Shown here one piece after another: positions 38,052 to 50,985 of a stretch of 64,000 bases of DNA. The notes below the pieces were generated by a model that made no database searches, was not told the DNA's origin, and worked only from the letters and a program-made list of their open reading frames with translations. The translations under genes were made by a program, and so were the position numbers. This stretch comes from Anaerolineae bacterium (GTDB lineage Bacteria; Chloroflexota; Anaerolineae; B4-G1; SLSP01). The stretch covers positions 29,458 through 93,457 of the forward strand of contig JALXBP010000117.1 of NCBI GenBank assembly GCA_026991395.1. Direction: 5' to 3'. The first letter of the stretch is position 1. Every line of letters begins with the position of its first letter.

Positions 38052-39431
38052 ATGGAACGAAAACGCTACTACATTTGGACCGTCGGCTGTCAGATGAACG
38101 TCGTCGATTCGCAGCGGCTCGCCGCCGGACTGGAGCGCTTAGGCTACGAGCGGAGCGAGCACGCCGAGGAGGCGGAGATCATCGTCCTCAACTCCTGCGT
38201 CGTCCGCCAGCAGCCGGAGGACAAGGTCATCGGGCGGTTGCACCAGTTACGCCCGCTCAAGGAGGCCCATCCCGACCGCGTCCTTGCGCTGATGGGCTGC
38301 ATGGTCGGGCAGCGAGAGGCGGAGAAACTGCGCCGACGCTTCCCCTGGGTCGATCTCTTCCTCCCGCCCTCCGATCCCGCCGACCTGTGGGAATTCCTGG
38401 CGCAGCGCGATGACCTCGACGAGGCGGAGGCGCTGATCGCCGACGCGGAGGCCCGCCATCGCGCGCTGACGCCGCTCGACGCGCTCATCCCCTCCTGGCA
38501 GCGGGACCACCTGGCGACCGCCTACCTGCCCATCGTCCTCGGCTGCTCGCACGCCTGCACCTACTGCATCATCCCCTACCGGCGCGGCGTGGAGCGGAGC
38601 CGCCCCCTGGCGACGATCGTCGCCGAGGCGGAGCGGCTGGTCGAGGCGGGCGCACGCGAGATCACCCTCCTGGGGCAGATCGTCGATCGCTACGGCTACG
38701 ACCTGCCGGCATTCGAGGGGTACGCCGGGACGCCGCTCGTCGCCGTGCTGGAGCGGCTGCACGAGATCGAGGGGCTGGAGCGGCTCCGCTTCCTCACCAG
38801 CCATCCCAACTGGATGCGCGACGATCTCCTCGACGCCGTCGCCGCGCTCCCCAAAGTCTGCGAGCACATCGAGGTGCCTATCCAGGCGGGGGATGACGAA
38901 GTGCTGGCGCGGATGCGGCGCGGCTACACGGTGGACGACTACCGCCGCCTCGTCGGACGCATCCGCGAGCGTATCCCGCAGGCTTCCATCGCCACCGACA
39001 TCATCGTCGGCTTCCCCGGCGAGACGGAGGAGCAGTTCCGGCACACCTACGACCTGCTGGCCGAGCTGCGGCTGGACAAGGCGCACATCGCCCGATACTC
39101 GCCGCGCCCCAAGACCGTGGCCACGCGCACGATGGAGGACGACGTCCCGCCGGAGGAGAAGGAACGCCGCCGTCGGCTGCTCGATCAACTCCAGGCCCGC
39201 ATCCTGCGCGAGAAGAACGCTGCCTGCCTGGGGCAGGCCGTCGAAGTCCTCGTCGAGGGGAAGCAGATGCGGACGGGGCGCTGGTTCGGTCGCACACGGC
39301 GCAACCGGCTCGTCTACTTCCACAGCGAGCGGACGGGCGATCTGACCGGACAACTCGTTGAAGTCCACATCACCTGGACCGGCCCCTGGTCGCTGGTGGG
39401 CGAGGAGCCGGTGGGGGAGGAGGGCGCGTGA
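38052..39431 (+). CDS. miaB: tRNA methylthiotransferase MiaB (radical SAM MTTase)
   Basis: MERKRYYIWTVGCQMNVVDSQR (UPF0004 domain), radical SAM CSHACTYCIIP, TRAM C-terminus. The upstream part of track ORF 37803..39431 is shadow. Confidence 0.85.
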   Translation: MERKRYYIWTVGCQMNVVDSQRLAAGLERLGYERSEHAEEAEIIVLNSCVVRQQPEDKVIGRLHQLRPLKEAHPDRVLALMGCMVGQREAEKLRRRFPWVDLFLPPSDPADLWEFLAQRDDLDEAEALIADAEARHRALTPLDALIPSWQRDHLATAYLPIVLGCSHACTYCIIPYRRGVERSRPLATIVAEAERLVEAGAREITLLGQIVDRYGYDLPAFEGYAGTPLVAVLERLHEIEGLERLRFLTSHPNWMRDDLLDAVAALPKVCEHIEVPIQAGDDEVLARMRRGYTVDDYRRLVGRIRERIPQASIATDIIVGFPGETEEQFRHTYDLLAELRLDKAHIARYSPRPKTVATRTMEDDVPPEEKERRRRLLDQLQARILREKNAACLGQAVEVLVEGKQMRTGRWFGRTRRNRLVYFHSERTGDLTGQLVEVHITWTGPWSLVGEEPVGEEGA

Positions 39432-40717
39432 CGGGTTACGACATCGGCATCATCGGCGCGGGGTTCACCGGCCTCACCGCCGCTTATCGCCTCCTTCAGG
39501 CCGGGCACCGCGTTACGCTCTACGAGGCGGAGCCGCAGGTCGGCGGGCTGGCCGCCGGTTTCCGTGACGAGGGCTGGGAGTGGAGCCTGGAGCGCTTCTA
39601 CCACCACATCTTCGCTACCGACAAGGCAATCATCCGCCTGGCGGAGGCGTTGGGCTGGCAGGATCGGCTCTTCTTCCCGCGCCCGACGACCTCCATCTAC
39701 CACGAAGGGCGCATCTACCCGCTCGACAGCGCCCTCCGCGTCCTCACCTTCGAGCCGCTGCCCCTCCCCGACCGCCTGCGTTTCGGCGCGGTGGCGGCGA
39801 TGATCAAGTTCAACCCCTTCTGGAAGCCGTGGGAGGGCGTTACCGCCGACGAATGGCTGAGCCGGGCGCTGGGCGAGCGTGCTTACCGCCTGCTCTGGCA
39901 GCCGCTGCTGGAAGGCAAGTTCGGCGAAGCCTACCGCGAGGTGCCGATGGCCTGGTTCTGGGCGCGGATCGCCAAGCGGACGCCGCGCTTGGGCTACTTC
40001 GAAGGCGGCTTCCAGCGCTTCGCCGAGGCGCTGGCGGCGGCGGTCCGGCAAGCCGGGGGGCAGGTCCACCTGGGGAAAGCGGTGCAGCGCATCGAAAAGC
40101 GCCCCGACGGCTTCCGCCTGACGCTCGCGGAGGGCGAGGCCCATCACGAGCGGGTGCTGGCGACGGTCTCGCCGCGCCGCTTCCTGACGATGGCCCCCGA
40201 TCTCCCCGCCGACTACGCCGGTCTGCTGCGCGGGTTGCGCTCGATGGGGGCGGTCGTCCTCGTGCTCGCCCTTTCCCGGCGGATGACGGAGGGCCACTAC
40301 TGGATCAACATCCCCAAGCGCGAGGGCTTCCCCTTCCTCGCCTTCGTCGAGCATACCAACTACATCAGCCGCGAGCACTACGGCGGCGATCACCTCCTCT
40401 ACTGCGGCGACTACCTCCCCGCCGACCACCCCGCCTTCGGGATGTCGGCGGAGGCGCTCTTCGAGCACTACCTGCCCGGCATCCGCCGCATCACGCCCGA
40501 CTTCCGGCCCAACCAGGTGCGCCGCCTGTGGAAGTTCCAGGCCCGCTACGCCCAGCCGCTGCCTACGCTGCACCAGTCGCGCCGCATCCCGCCGCTGGCC
40601 ACGCCGATCGAGGGGCTTTTCCTGGCGAATATGAGCCAGGTCTATCCCTGGGATCGCGGGACGAACTACGCCGTCGCCTGGGGGGAGAAGGTCGCCGACC
40701 TCATCGGGAGTGCGTGA
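39428..40717 (+). CDS. FAD/NAD(P)-binding oxidoreductase, amine-oxidase/CrtI/PPO-like fold
   Basis: 429 aa; dinucleotide motif YDIGIIGAGFTGLTAAYRLLQAGHRVTLYEA...GG; ATGA-type coupling with miaB. Confidence 0.7.
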   Translation: MTGYDIGIIGAGFTGLTAAYRLLQAGHRVTLYEAEPQVGGLAAGFRDEGWEWSLERFYHHIFATDKAIIRLAEALGWQDRLFFPRPTTSIYHEGRIYPLDSALRVLTFEPLPLPDRLRFGAVAAMIKFNPFWKPWEGVTADEWLSRALGERAYRLLWQPLLEGKFGEAYREVPMAWFWARIAKRTPRLGYFEGGFQRFAEALAAAVRQAGGQVHLGKAVQRIEKRPDGFRLTLAEGEAHHERVLATVSPRRFLTMAPDLPADYAGLLRGLRSMGAVVLVLALSRRMTEGHYWINIPKREGFPFLAFVEHTNYISREHYGGDHLLYCGDYLPADHPAFGMSAEALFEHYLPGIRRITPDFRPNQVRRLWKFQARYAQPLPTLHQSRRIPPLATPIEGLFLANMSQVYPWDRGTNYAVAWGEKVADLIGSA

Positions 40718-40720
40718 GCG

Positions 40721-41836
40721 ATGCCCCGCTACGGGATCGACCTGCGGCTGCACGCCTACGCGCCCGGCGGCATCTCCCGCTACGCCCGCCGCCTCGCCGA
40801 GCACATCCCGCCGCTCCTCCATCCCGACGAGGCGCTGGTGCGCTTCTACCACCGCCGCGAGCGGTCGCCGCTTGCCTCCCCCGCCGAGGCCCATCGCCTG
40901 TGGACGCCCCCCCATCACCGGCTGGAGGGGTGGTCGCTGGGGATGGAGCTTCTGCCCCGTCGGCTGAGCCTCTTCCACGCTACCGACTTCATCCCGCCGA
41001 GGTGGGGGGCGAAACATTTCGTCGCCACCATCCACGATCTCAACTTCCTCCACTACCCGCAGTACCTCACCGCCGAGGCGCGGCGCTACTACAACGCCCA
41101 GATCGAAGCGGCCATCCGCCGCGCCGATGCGCTGCTGGCCGACTCCTTCGCCACCCGCAACGACCTGCACCGGCTCCTGGGCGTGCCGCCGCAATCGGTG
41201 CAGGTCATCCACCTGGCGGCGGATGAGCGCTTCCGCCCGCTGCCCGAAGCCCAAGTCGAGGCGGTGCTGCGCCGCTACGGGCTGGAGCGGGGCTATCTCC
41301 TCTTCGTGGGGACGTGGGAACCGCGCAAGAACCTCAAGGGGCTGATCGACGCGCTGGCCCTGCTCCACGCACGGGGGGAGCGGCGCACGCTGGTCATCGC
41401 CGGTCGGCGCGGCTGGCTCTACGACGACCTGCCCGCCTACGCCGAGCGGCGCGGGCTGGGCGAGGCGGTGCGCTTCCTGGAGGGCGTCCCGCTGGAGGCG
41501 CTGATCGCGCTCTACAACGGGGCGCGGCTGCTGGCGATGGTCTCCTTCTACGAAGGCTTCGGCCTGCCGGTGCTGGAGGCGCTCCGCTGCGGGACGCCGG
41601 TCGTCGCCGCCACGCGGGCCAGTCTGCCGGAGGTTACCGGCGAGGGCGGGCTGCTCGTCGAGCCGGAATCGCCGGAGGCGATCGCCGAGGCGATGTTCCG
41701 TCTCTGCCGCGATGAGGGGCTGCACGCTCGCCTGCGCGAAGCCGGATTGCGCCACGCCGCCACCTTCCGCTGGGAGCGGACGGCGGCAGAGACGTTGGCG
41801 GTCTATCGGCGCGTCGTCGCCGCCATAGCCTGGTGA
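40721..41836 (+). CDS. glycosyltransferase family 4 (GT-B, RfaG-like)
   Basis: 371 aa; EX7E region (FYEGFGLPVLEALRCGTPVVAATRASLPEV). Confidence 0.85.
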   Translation: MPRYGIDLRLHAYAPGGISRYARRLAEHIPPLLHPDEALVRFYHRRERSPLASPAEAHRLWTPPHHRLEGWSLGMELLPRRLSLFHATDFIPPRWGAKHFVATIHDLNFLHYPQYLTAEARRYYNAQIEAAIRRADALLADSFATRNDLHRLLGVPPQSVQVIHLAADERFRPLPEAQVEAVLRRYGLERGYLLFVGTWEPRKNLKGLIDALALLHARGERRTLVIAGRRGWLYDDLPAYAERRGLGEAVRFLEGVPLEALIALYNGARLLAMVSFYEGFGLPVLEALRCGTPVVAATRASLPEVTGEGGLLVEPESPEAIAEAMFRLCRDEGLHARLREAGLRHAATFRWERTAAETLAVYRRVVAAIAW

Positions 41837-41849
41837 AAGGAGTCACGAG

Positions 41850-42593
41850 ATGGAGATTTTCGCCATAGCTGTCCCCAATCTCTGCAACGATGTGGAGGCC
41901 AACCGCGAGGCGCTGCGCCGGTTGACGCGCGAAGCAGCGGAGCAGGGGGCGGCGCTGGTGCTCTTCCCCGAAGCGGCGGCGACGATGCTCGCCAACGAGG
42001 ACGATCCGGCCCGCGACCTGCCGCTGGGCGAGCCGATCCCCGGCGGCGAGACGCTGCGGATGCTGGCGGAGGAGGCCCGTCGGAGCCACATCTGGATCGG
42101 TGTGGGCCTCTTCGAGCGAGCGGGCGAGGCGCTCTACGATAGCGCGGTGCTCATCGACGCGCACGGCCAGATCGCTCTGCACTACCGCCGCATCACGCCG
42201 GGATGGCACGGTCGCCGTGCCGATCCGCACATCTACCGCGAGGGTGATGCGCTTCCCTTCGCCGAGACGCCGTGGGGACGGGCGCTCTTCCTCATCTGCG
42301 GCGACCTCTTCGACGAGGCCCTGACCCGCCGCGCTGCCGCGCTCAAGCCCGACCTGCTGCTCTACCCCTTCGCCCGCAACTTCCCGCCGGGCGTCGAGGT
42401 AGCGGCGGGATGGGCGGAGGAGCGTCCGGCTTACGCGGAGGCCGCCGCCTCGGTCGGGGCGCTGACGCTGATGAGCAACTACCTCGGCTGCGATGAGGCC
42501 TTCGGCGGCGCGATGGTCGTCTCCCCCACGGGAGAGGTCCTCGCCGAGCTGCCGCCGGGCCGGGCGGGACTGCTCCTCTTCGAGGTCGCTTAG
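41850..42593 (+). CDS. carbon-nitrogen hydrolase (nitrilase superfamily)
   Basis: 247 aa; catalytic triad context (LVLFPE ... IGVGLFER ... LICGDLFD). Confidence 0.8.
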   Translation: MEIFAIAVPNLCNDVEANREALRRLTREAAEQGAALVLFPEAAATMLANEDDPARDLPLGEPIPGGETLRMLAEEARRSHIWIGVGLFERAGEALYDSAVLIDAHGQIALHYRRITPGWHGRRADPHIYREGDALPFAETPWGRALFLICGDLFDEALTRRAAALKPDLLLYPFARNFPPGVEVAAGWAEERPAYAEAAASVGALTLMSNYLGCDEAFGGAMVVSPTGEVLAELPPGRAGLLLFEVA

Positions 42594-42604
42594 CACCACC
42601 AACC

Positions 42605-42632
42605 TTGACGGCGCACCGCCCCATGGTATGAT
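42605..42632 (+). promoter_or_regulatory. sigma70-type promoter for rpoB (TTGACG-16-TATGAT, extended TG)
   Basis: -35 42605-42610, -10 42627-42632 preceded by TGG; about 85-nt 5'UTR containing GATGAG-N10-CTCATC inverted repeat. Confidence 0.55.
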
Positions 42633-42719
42633 ATTCACTTGCATCAGGCTCTTGTCCACCTCGATGAGGTGGTGTGCGCTCATCCTGTCAGCAGGGCCCA
42701 GCGGAGGGAAAAAGCCGAT

Positions 42720-46625
<3,906 letters not shown>

Positions 46626-46661
46626 CCTCTCCGAAGCCTGACGCAGCACGTCTTGCAAGAG

Positions 46662-46696
46662 GGCCTGACGGGCTTCACGCAGTCAGGCCCTTTGCC
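46662..46696 (+). terminator. hairpin (GGCCTGAC-N12-GTCAGGCC) plus CTTTGCCC after rpoB
   Basis: 8-bp stem 37 nt after the rpoB stop. Confidence 0.45.
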
Positions 46697-46770
46697 CATC
46701 TTCACCCGCAGTCACACCCGCCGGAGGGCTTTTCGTCAGCTCCGCCCATCCGGTGAGCACAAAAGGCACT

Positions 46771-48555
46771 ATGAAAAATCTCTCATTCGCATTCACACTC
46801 CTCACGCTCGCGCTGCTGCTGAGCGGATGCCGCAATGCTGCCCCGCCCACAACCGCCACCGTCCAACCCGTTGCGACACACATCCCCGCGCCCGAGCCGA
46901 CGACTCGCACCGACGGGGCTCTCCCTCTCGCCCTTCCCGCCTCCGGCAGTTTGCAAAACCCCGCATGGTCGCCCGACAGCGGCAAACTGCTCTTCACGCG
47001 CTTCGCCAACGGCTACAACACCGGCCCCGCCGACTTGCTCACCTTCGACCTGACGACCGAACTCACCCGCACCCTGGTTTCCGATGGCAGCGACAACGTC
47101 AATTTGCCCGGCTCTGCCTGGAACCGGGTAACGGGCTACATCGTCTTTGCATCCTCGCGCGGCCCTCACGACGAGATTTACGCCATCTACGCCGACGGAC
47201 GAGCCAATGACGAATGGCAAGTCACCGACCGAGATGACCGCGCCGCTTACGAAGCCTCTTTTTCGCCAGACGGCGATTGGGTCGTTTTCGAATCCCACCC
47301 GCTGGAGGTGGAAGGCAACGGCATCATCACCCAATACAAAATCGACGGCAGCCAGCCCTATCGAGCACTCACGGCTGCCGGCGACGATTGCCGCCAACCC
47401 AATTGGTCGCCCGCCGGAGACCTGATCGTGTATCAAAAGTTCACCGACAATCAGTGGGATTTGTGGACGATGACCCCATCCGGCAGCAATCATCGGAAAA
47501 TCACGACCGGTCCCGGCGACAAGACCGACGCCTCTTTCTCCCCCGACGGGAAATGGATCGTTTACAGTTCGGACGAAGGCAAACTCGACTACGCCAACCT
47601 CTTCATCATCCCCTCCGGCGGCGGCGAGCCCGTCCGCCTCACCACCCATAGCGGCTACGACGGCGCACCTTCGTGGTCGCCGGATGGCCGCCGCATTGCG
47701 TTCGAGTCCGCCCCCGGCGACCCTGAGGAAGGCAACGGCACATCCCTCTGGCAGATTACCGTCCCACAACAATTCGCCCCTCGTCTGCTCTTCGACGGCG
47801 GTTTCGAGACGGGCGACACCACCCAGTGGGCAGGTATCGATTGGAACCTGGAACGCCCGCTCGATGAGCAGTTGCAAATCGTCACGGATACCGTCCGGCA
47901 AGGCATGTATGCCGTCAAGACCATCGTCCACGATGGCGATGAATTCCTGGATACCGGCGGCGAGCGCATCCAGTTCGAAAGCCCCGGCCCTCGCGAACAC
48001 GAAGGCGACGACTACTGGTACGCCTGGTCAACGCTCTTCCCCGAAGAGTGGCAGCCACCCAACGAGTGGCTCTTAATCGCAGACTGGCACGCCACCTATC
48101 CCGACGTCTGCCAGCCCCTGCAATTCGAACTGGACAACGCCAACGCGCTTTCCGTCCGAATTCTGACGGGAGACGTAACCGGCTATGACTGTTTCGACGG
48201 CCCCGGCACCGCCCTGCAAAAAACCGCCGTCATCGTTCCGCACATCACGCTCGGCGAATGGCACGACTTCGTCATCCACGTCGAATGGACGACATCCGGG
48301 AACGGCTCGATCGAAGTTTGGCACAAACTGGAAAGCGATGCCGGATTCGCCAAAGTGCTGGATTGGCACGATATCCCCACCTTGCAATATCAGGGCGATC
48401 CCGCCCAACCGGACACCCCCTACTTCATCCTGGCACATTACCGGGACGAGAGCAACACTCACACCTCTGTGCTCTATCACGACGGATTTCGGATGGCCCT
48501 GAGCGCGGAAAATCTGGCAGAAGGCGATCTGTACGTCTTGACAATGCCGCATTAG
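46771..48555 (+). CDS. lipoprotein: TolB-like PD40 beta-propeller plus C-terminal polysaccharide-lyase-like (concanavalin-fold) domain
   Basis: ATG 46771 (AAAAGG upstream); lipobox LLLSGC. PD40 repeats (ASFSPDGDWVVFES, PNWSPAGDLIVYQ, ASFSPDGKWIVYSS, PSWSPDGRRIAFES). C-terminal FDGGFETGDTTQW...DYWYAWSTLFPEEW...WHDFVIHVEWTTSGNGSIEVWH...YFILAHYRD resembles the heparin-lyase-I-type 'Polysacc_lyase' fold. Confidence 0.75.
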   Translation: MKNLSFAFTLLTLALLLSGCRNAAPPTTATVQPVATHIPAPEPTTRTDGALPLALPASGSLQNPAWSPDSGKLLFTRFANGYNTGPADLLTFDLTTELTRTLVSDGSDNVNLPGSAWNRVTGYIVFASSRGPHDEIYAIYADGRANDEWQVTDRDDRAAYEASFSPDGDWVVFESHPLEVEGNGIITQYKIDGSQPYRALTAAGDDCRQPNWSPAGDLIVYQKFTDNQWDLWTMTPSGSNHRKITTGPGDKTDASFSPDGKWIVYSSDEGKLDYANLFIIPSGGGEPVRLTTHSGYDGAPSWSPDGRRIAFESAPGDPEEGNGTSLWQITVPQQFAPRLLFDGGFETGDTTQWAGIDWNLERPLDEQLQIVTDTVRQGMYAVKTIVHDGDEFLDTGGERIQFESPGPREHEGDDYWYAWSTLFPEEWQPPNEWLLIADWHATYPDVCQPLQFELDNANALSVRILTGDVTGYDCFDGPGTALQKTAVIVPHITLGEWHDFVIHVEWTTSGNGSIEVWHKLESDAGFAKVLDWHDIPTLQYQGDPAQPDTPYFILAHYRDESNTHTSVLYHDGFRMALSAENLAEGDLYVLTMPH

Positions 48556-48612
48556 CCCATATCCTCACATCCGGCGAATCCGGAACGGCCCTCTTCCCTC
48601 CCCCCGCCTCCT

Positions 48613-48640
48613 TTGACAAATGCATACCGCATGGCACAAT
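48613..48640 (+). promoter_or_regulatory. candidate promoter (TTGACA-16-CACAAT) for the M24 peptidase/tsaD operon
   Basis: -35 48613-48618, -10 48635-48640; SD AGGAGGTGG 48662-48670, ATG 48674. Confidence 0.45.
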
Positions 48641-48673
48641 GGATAGCGTTACGTGCACAGGCAGGAGGTGGCA

Positions 48674-49921
48674 ATGAGGCACGATCTCGACAGGCTCATG
48701 GCAGCTCGGCGGTTAGATGCTATCGTGGTCGGCGGCAAAGTGAAAGAAAATCCGCCACTCTACTACCTGCTGAACGGCGCGGGATTGACCCAGGCCCTCT
48801 TCGTCAAGAAACGCGGCGAGGAGGCTACCCTCATCGTCGGGCCGATGGAGCGCGGGGAGGCCAAGGCCGTCGGGATCCCCGTGCGTCTCACCACGCGCTA
48901 CGGCTACCACGAGCTGCTCAAGACATTGCGCGATCCCCTGCAAGCCTCCGTCGCCTACTACCGGCGCATCTTCGAAGACCTGGGCATCACGGGACGTGTG
49001 GGCTTCTACGGTATGATGGATCGAGGTGCGGCCTACCGATTCCTCCGTGCCCTGGACGAGGCCACGGACGAGATCGAGGTCGTGGGCGAATTCGGCGGCG
49101 ACTTGATCGCGGCAGCACGGGAGACCAAGGAGCCACATGAGGCCGAACGCATCCGCGCCGCGGGCAGGCGGACGGCAAGCGTCATTCACGAAACCATCGC
49201 CTTCCTCCGCCGCCACGTGGTGGACGACCAGGGACGGCTCTGCTGGGACGATGGGCGCATCCTCCGCGTCGGCCACGTCCACGATGAAATCCGCCGTCTC
49301 ATCGCCCTGCACGCCCTGGAGGACCCCGAAGGGTTCATCTTCGCCACGGGGAGCGACGCGGGCATTCCGCACAGCAAAGGCAGCGCGGAAAAAGCGATGC
49401 GGCTGGGCGAAGTCATCGTCTTCGACATCTTCCCGCGCGAGATGGGGGGAGGCTACTTCTTCGATATGACGCGCACCTTCTGTCTGGGCTACGCGCCCCC
49501 CGAGGTGCAAGCGCTCCACCTCGACGTGCTGGAGTGCCACAACCGCATCCTCGCCGCCCTGGAGGCGGGACGGCCCGCCGCCACCTACCAGCGGATGGCC
49601 TGCGATTTCTTCCGCGAACGCGGACATCCGACCGTCGCCGAGGACCCAACCACGCAGGAGGGCTATGTCCACTCGCTGGGGCACGGCGTCGGCCTGGAAT
49701 TGCACGAGCGTCCCAGCTTCGCCGACAGGCCGGGCAACGATGATCGACTGCAGCCGGGGAGCGTCTTCACCATCGAACCAGGGTTGTACTATCCCGAACG
49801 CGGTATGGGCTGCCGCATCGAAGATGTGCTGTGGATCGACGAGAAGGGCGCACTCCACAACCTGACCGATTACCCCTACGAATTGATCATCCCCATGCCC
49901 CGGTGGGACGGCGTGCTATGA
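48674..49921 (+). CDS. Xaa-Pro aminopeptidase/M24-family metallopeptidase
   Basis: Creatinase-like N-domain plus pita-bread fold with metal ligands (VFDIF ... DMTRTF ... [13 protein letters not shown] ... FTIEPGLY ... EDVLWID). Confidence 0.85.
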   Translation: MRHDLDRLMAARRLDAIVVGGKVKENPPLYYLLNGAGLTQALFVKKRGEEATLIVGPMERGEAKAVGIPVRLTTRYGYHELLKTLRDPLQASVAYYRRIFEDLGITGRVGFYGMMDRGAAYRFLRALDEATDEIEVVGEFGGDLIAAARETKEPHEAERIRAAGRRTASVIHETIAFLRRHVVDDQGRLCWDDGRILRVGHVHDEIRRLIALHALEDPEGFIFATGSDAGIPHSKGSAEKAMRLGEVIVFDIFPREMGGGYFFDMTRTFCLGYAPPEVQALHLDVLECHNRILAALEAGRPAATYQRMACDFFRERGHPTVAEDPTTQEGYVHSLGHGVGLELHERPSFADRPGNDDRLQPGSVFTIEPGLYYPERGMGCRIEDVLWIDEKGALHNLTDYPYELIIPMPRWDGVL

Positions 49922-50934
49922 TCCGGATGCTGGCCATCGAAACCTCCTGCGACGAGACGGCGGCGGCGGTCGTCGAGGATGGCCGGCGCATCCTCTCCAA
50001 CGTCGTCGCCTCGCAGGTGGAGCTTCACGCCCGCTATGGAGGCGTCTTTCCGGAGCTGGCCTCGCGCGCGCACATCGAGGCCATCGTCCCTGTGGTGCAA
50101 GAGGCACTGCGCACGGCCCACCTCGGCTGGGGCGAGATCGATGCCATCGCCGTAACCTACGGCCCCGGCCTGCCCGGCTCGTTGCTCGTGGGCGTGAACT
50201 TCGCCAAAGGGGCCGCCTTTGGGCGCGGCCTGCCCCTGGTCGCCGTCAATCACCTGGAAGGACACATCTACGCTCACTGGCTGGAGACCGGTGGGGAAGA
50301 AGCAGCGGAAGGTCGGCTCGACTTCCCGCTCATCGTGCTCGTCGTCTCCGGCGGGCATACGGAGCTTGTGCTGATGCGCGGCGAGATGGATTACGTGCGG
50401 CTGGGCGGCACGCTGGACGATGCCGCGGGCGAAGCCTTCGACAAAGTGGCACGGATGCTTCATCTGGGCTACCCCGGTGGCCCGCCGATCGAGAAGGCGG
50501 CCCGACAGGGCAATCCGCACGCTTTCGAGTTGCCCCGTGCCTGGCTTGGCAACAGCTACGACTTCAGCTTCAGCGGCCTGAAGACCGCCGTCCTGCGTGC
50601 CCTCCGCCCCTACGGCGACCATCGCCCGCCGCGGCTCGTCGCCGACATGGCCGCCTCCTTCCAGGCCGCAGTGGTGGAGGTACTGGCGACCAAGAGCGCA
50701 CGGGCGGCCAAAGCCTACGGCGCGACGGCCATCCTGCTCTCCGGCGGCGTCTCGGCCAATCGTGCTCTGCGCCGGGCCGTGCGCGAGGCCGCATCCGTTC
50801 CCGTCTATGCGCTACCGCTCGCCTTCTGCACCGACAACGCCGCGATGATCGCCGCCGCCGGTACACGTCGCTACCGGGCCGGTGAGCGGGCAAGCCGGAC
50901 ACTGGACATCGCACCCGGACTGCAACTCGTTTGA
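49918..50934 (+). CDS. tsaD: tRNA N6-adenosine threonylcarbamoyltransferase TsaD
   Basis: [19 protein letters not shown]..., HxxxH-type metal site (NHLEGHIYAHW), VSGGVSANRAL; ATGA overlap with the peptidase gene. Confidence 0.9.
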   Translation: MIRMLAIETSCDETAAAVVEDGRRILSNVVASQVELHARYGGVFPELASRAHIEAIVPVVQEALRTAHLGWGEIDAIAVTYGPGLPGSLLVGVNFAKGAAFGRGLPLVAVNHLEGHIYAHWLETGGEEAAEGRLDFPLIVLVVSGGHTELVLMRGEMDYVRLGGTLDDAAGEAFDKVARMLHLGYPGGPPIEKAARQGNPHAFELPRAWLGNSYDFSFSGLKTAVLRALRPYGDHRPPRLVADMAASFQAAVVEVLATKSARAAKAYGATAILLSGGVSANRALRRAVREAASVPVYALPLAFCTDNAAMIAAAGTRRYRAGERASRTLDIAPGLQLV

Positions 50935-50985
50935 GCGACGGCCGCACCATCGCAGGGGGCGATGGGGAAAGAATCGTGTGAGGCG

